From positions 69,378,001 to 69,442,000 of the forward strand of contig OX597825.1 of the NCBI GenBank assembly GCA_951406725.2: DNA of 64,000 nucleotides, in the 5' to 3' direction. Every line of letters starts with the position of its first letter. Position 1 is the first letter of the stretch. The position numbers were made by a program, and so were the translations under genes. The notes under the pieces are model-generated. The model saw only the letters and a list, made by a program, of their open reading frames with translations. It did not search any database and was not told the origin of the DNA. Shown here in pieces: positions 58,971-64,000 of the stretch. This stretch comes from Octopus vulgaris. Its lineage: Eukaryota.

Positions 58971-61465
58971 CAGATATTCCGTAGTAAAAATTTAACAAAG
59001 GGGAGACTCAATTTTATTTTGCTGCTTACCAAACATCTCTAACATTTCGGATTGAAGGGTTTTCGTTGAAGAGGTGTTGAGTGTTTACTTGACCAATAAT
59101 ACTCAATTAAGTTATTGGATGTAGGGGGAAAATGATAATGAAGTTCAAATAGAATTTAGGATGCATCACATAGCAAATATATTCTTTATCAGAATATAAA
59201 CCGTAGCTTTCCTAGAATGGAGAAAAGTTGGAAGTTTACATTAGGAGATGTGGAAATAATCATTGAAAGGAAAAGTATATAGAATCCTGAAATTGATGAA
59301 AGAAAAGTATTAATAGTAACTGATATTGTTGCAAACTCAGCTCTTGTATTTTAAGTACTGTAGTGTTGTTAGCAAGTGTAGGGAATTAAATATATTTCGA
59401 GGTGTTACGTTAAACGATGAGGAATTTGAATGTTAGAGTTGTGTTTTTTTTTATAAATATGCAAACAATTAGAATTGTTTCACTCCAAACAAGTTAACGA
59501 AAGATAGCAAAACACGGTGAAGGAGATAGTCATTTATTTATACCAGCGGGAAAGGAAGTACCTCGCAGAAATATAATCTCTTTTCACTGTCTTTTCTGAT
59601 GAACGATAAATATTTGACGAAGATCATTAGACAACAAATGTCAAAAGAGCAACTATAACAACATGTATTATCATCACATGTCATGTTTACCTCAGCAAAA
59701 GTTTTAAACATTGTTTATCATGATTACCTTAGCAAAAGTTTGAACACAACATATCATTCCAAGATCTCAATTCCTTCGGCAAAACTGAAATATCTTAAGT
59801 TATATCCGCACATTCAGATATTCGTTTATATCAGCACATTCTTCTTTCCACTGCTAATATTTCAGCAATTAATGGTGAGGCTGCATCCCCACGGAGAATT
59901 CACAATATGACTCAAACAAGCCAGAAGAACATTAATCGTAAGTCTGTTAAACAATTAGGAACTACAATTGGTCTGGAACTATTATTTGTGTTCTGTGCTT
60001 CGTGTAATTTATCTCGAGCGAAGAATGTGATGGCTTACAAATGGGAACAAAACCTGTCGCAGATTACACTCGTCTGTTCCAACAAAATATACACATGAGC
60101 GTGTGTGTAAGAACATGTATGTATATATGGCGGGAGAGACGGATGGATGAATGTATGGCTGTATGTATAAATACACGTATGAATGCGCGAATGTGCATGT
60201 ATATATATGCGTATGTATGTATGCTTCTATATGTGTGTATATATATGTGTGTGCGTGTATGTACGCATGTATGTCTGTTTGTGTGATTGTGCGTGTGTGC
60301 GCCCATATGTGTGTAGGTACGCATGTATGAATGTATGCAAATGTCATTAGTATTCAAACATACAAATTACTCTCGAATTAATCTTCAAGAAACTTCATTG
60401 AATAACAATGATTCTCCATTTGTATTCTAAATTGTTTCAACAAGATTAATTACGTTCTATTACTCGTCCACATCGTTCAAACGATGAAGATATTTTAACA
60501 ATATATTTCTAACACATTTCGGTTTTTCATTGAGATACATCTGGCGATTGTACAAATTCTCGGCGAGACAGCATGTCTGCGTATTTTCCCAAGCATCAAT
60601 GAACTGAGAAACATTGATTAACCTCGGATGAAAACAAGAGAAAATTACTATGGTTGCTAGATGTTTATTTGGTGAAGGATTTGTATAAAGAGGTGCCACA
60701 GCAGTTGTATGTTATCATGTTCAGGTGCAACGAAAGTGGTCATCAATGGAATCTTATTTGCAGAAACTTAATACTGTTACAAGCATTGGCTCCGATGTAA
60801 GACGGTCTGGCGAGATTTCAATTTCTGTCTTTGAATAGCCAGTAACGCTGTTTTATTCTATAATGAAATCAATATACAGTTTTATTGCGTTGCTTATAAA
60901 ACATCATATAAGCATATTTAACGATTGCATATGGTTTTTAAATCAATAATCTACTTGGTATGTTATAGTGATTAAATCTATATATAACATTGATATCATT
61001 TGTCTAGCGGCGTAAGTACTTACTGAAACTAAAGCGATATAAGCCATCGAATTAATATTAATATGTTATAGCATAAGTTACGACTCAATAATATAAACTG
61101 TACGTAGACAGAAATCTCTTGGAATTCATCAGCAGTTTTGAAACAGCAGACATATAATGAAGAGTGTAGTTCCTGGTTCATTACAGTTGAAAAATAGAAA
61201 GGGATGGTCACGTTTAGAAAGACTTCTATCAGTTGCAGCGTCTTTGCCTTAACATCGGATTCTTTGTACTAACAGTCAAATAAATCTCTCTCGAACCACA
61301 TCAAATGACTTAAAACAGGACAGAATATATTAGATGAGGTATTCTTAGGTAGCATAAGGTAGAAAAAGAAATTGGTACATCACAAACAAAGAATATTCAA
61401 ACTGTTGTATAAGGGCTAAGACAGGGGTACACGGAAACATCGACAATGATTTTATGCGGATGCTA

Positions 61466-61910
61466 AGGCGGCGAGTGGGCAGATACGTTAGCACGACGGG
61501 CAAAATGCTTATTGGTATTTCGTTTGTCATTACGTTCTGAGTTCAAATTCCGCCGAGGTCGACTTTGCCTTTCATCCTTTCGGGCTCGATTAAATAAGTA
61601 CCAGCTACGCACTGGGGTCAGTTTGTCTGTCCTTGTTTGTCCCCTCTGTGTGTATCCCCTTGTGGGCAGTAAAGAAACAGGTATTTCGTCTGTCTTTACG
61701 ATCTGAGTTCAAGTTCTGCTGAGGTCGATTTTGCCTTTCATTCTTTCGGGGTCGATAAATTAAGAACCAGTGGCATACTGGAGTCGATCTAATTGACTGG
61801 TCCCTTTCCCCAAAATTTCGGGCCTTGTGCGTCGCCCGGTCCAGGAATGGAAATTGTAATCTTACGATCATGATGCTGACACCCTAACCACTAAGCCACG
61901 CGCCTCCACA
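61466..61910. mobile_element. SINE family A dimer (+, 61466-61828) abutting a family C head (-, 61828-61910)
   Basis: Similarity to other copies in the window. Confidence 0.85.
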
Positions 61911-62589
61911 TCGAGCCTCTAGAGATGTTACTTAATCACATCTACACATATGGGCCGATGCCTGCCACGGCGCGTCTTCCAACCCACAGCTGCTGCATCG
62001 AATATATTCAAGTTGCGGAAAATTGATCAAATATTGAATATGTGGTCGAAGATGAAATATGTTCAATATGACAAAAAAAAAAAAATCAAAAATCGGTATA
62101 TGTCTTTTCATTTTCAGTAGCATAAAAGCACAAAAAAAAAAAAAACAGATTCAGTCTTGCAACAATCAGAAATTGTATATGTAAATTTGATATATACAAA
62201 GGTATTTCTAGGCTCATTTTGAATTCAAGTTACGTAAGATTTTAAAGAAAAATAATGCATAGAATGGAAATTTTATTACGCAAATCATATGATATAAGAA
62301 AACTGAGGATAAAACATGTAATTTGTTTGTAATTCGAAAAGAGAAGTTGGAAATGCGGTGATTATTGTATAGAGGTAAACACACACACAGACACACACAC
62401 ACACAGACACACAGACACACTCATACACACATACACACACACACATGCAGACACAGAGTTAGATACACGTACATGCATATACATCCATGTGTGTGTGTGT
62501 ATGTATACATGTAAGTATGTCTGTGTGTGTATGTGTTTATGCATCTGCTTGTTCTTTCCGCTGCTAGTCTTTTTTCTGAAACTTTAAAC

Positions 62590-62622
<33 letters not shown>

Positions 62623-62706
62623 ATATATACATATATATATATACACATACATATATACATATATATATACTTATATATATATCTATCTATCTATATATAC
62701 ATATAT

Positions 62707-62761
<55 letters not shown>

Positions 62762-62790
62762 CATATATACATACATACATATATATATAT

Positions 62791-62822
<32 letters not shown>

Positions 62823-62891
62823 TACTCATGCTTGCATACATCCGCACATGCATACATACAAAGATATATATATATGCGTATACATATATGC

Positions 62892-62951
<60 letters not shown>

Positions 62952-63351
62952 GTGCTTGTGTGTGCGCGCGTGTGCGTGAGTATGCGTTTATGTACATAAT
63001 GTAAAGGAAACTGTTTAGAGGAGAGGTGACTATCAGGTAACGGTGATTGACCTGAGTAAAAACGGTGTTAAGTTAAAAATATAACTGTTTTATATTTTTG
63101 AAGGAAATAATATAAAACATAGTTAGGGGCTAAATATTCTCTCAACAGACTGCGAAAGAAAACCATGAATAATGATTGGAATCTATTCTTGTGCAAGCTT
63201 TGACTTGTCTAAATCTATTTTAGTGTTAGATTGTCTACGAAAAGCAAATCATTGTGTTGGTTCAAACTGCTCGAGAAAAGTATGAGTTTTAACAAATGTT
63301 TCTGGATTGGTTACATATTTAGATGTTAATACAATACATATTTGTTAAGTT

Positions 63352-63805
63352 GCAGATTGGTGAATGCAATTGTCGTCCCAGTAGCAACATGTGGATGCGA
63401 GACCTGGACACTAAAGAAAGCTGACCAGAAGAGAATTAATGCATTCGAGCTTTGGTGCTGGAGAAGACTTTTATGGATTCCATGGGCAGCGAGGCTAACC
63501 AATGGAGAAGTTCTTAAGCAGATAAGGCCGAAAATGTCGATAGAAGCTGGGGTCACCAAGCGTAGATTGGCATATTTCGGTCATATCATGCGGAGAGAAT
63601 CCCTGGAGAAGGACATCATGCTCGGAATGGTCAGTGGCAAGAGAGGAAGATGCCGACCAGAACCCGCTGGCTTGACACCATCAGGAGTGATACCGGAATG
63701 GACATGGCCAATCTAAAGGAAGCGGCCCAGGATAGAACTGACTGGAGGACTTTGATCCAACGAGTGACCGAGAGTCGACTTCGACTGAGCGGATAGAGAG
63801 AGAGA
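63352..63805 (+). mobile_element. RTE-clade LINE 3' fragment with (GA)n tail
   Basis: CGCETWTLKKAD..RINAFELWCWRRLL.IPW...TN.EVL...RLAYFGHIMRR.SLEKDIMLG...GKRGR. Confidence 0.92.
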
Positions 63806-64000
63806 TTAGCTCAATTGATGGAATGAATGAGAATGTAGCTCATCGTCGCGATAGGTGGCGATCCATTTTCGTGACATAATCCTGGCACCCATTCTAAAAG
63901 CTTTACATTTTAAAACTAGAATTGTACACGTACTTGGTTGTTTAGCATTTGTTATAACATCATAGTTTTGTCTCTTGCCTTCTCCTTGTGGCAAACAAAG

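Noticed and set aside
59590-59632. CTGATGA...cGAAG motif
   Set aside because: GAAA box and stems are missing

Overview
AT-rich, microsatellite-dense eukaryotic non-genic DNA. The tRNA-derived SINE families and repeat landscape look like an octopus (cephalopod) genome; this is recognition, not a database hit. No intact host gene was found, and almost all ORF-track entries are translated microsatellites. Identifiable content: many copies of three SINE families; 5'-truncated LINEs (a young CR1-group RT fragment, R4/Dong-type restriction-endonuclease fragments in (TAA)n, RTE fragments); a decayed Tc1-superfamily TRT/DD37E-like transposon; a mariner/maT-like remnant; a non-autonomous Helitron; and MITE remnants. 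The most interesting signal is a set of at least 7 short, mostly mutually unrelated, non-coding insertions in or beside (TA)n tracts that carry minimal type I hammerhead-ribozyme folds (Penelope-like/retrozyme-like). Several occur as head-to-head inverted pairs. One is a circularly permuted 364-nt monomer, and two families show the compensatory U3-A8 core pair. Secondary signals: a LINE whose 3' stem-loop covaries with the 3' tail of a dominant SINE, and weak traces of a decayed polycystin-1 (WSC/PKD/REJ)-like gene on the minus strand. Coordinates were read by eye and may be off by a few bases.
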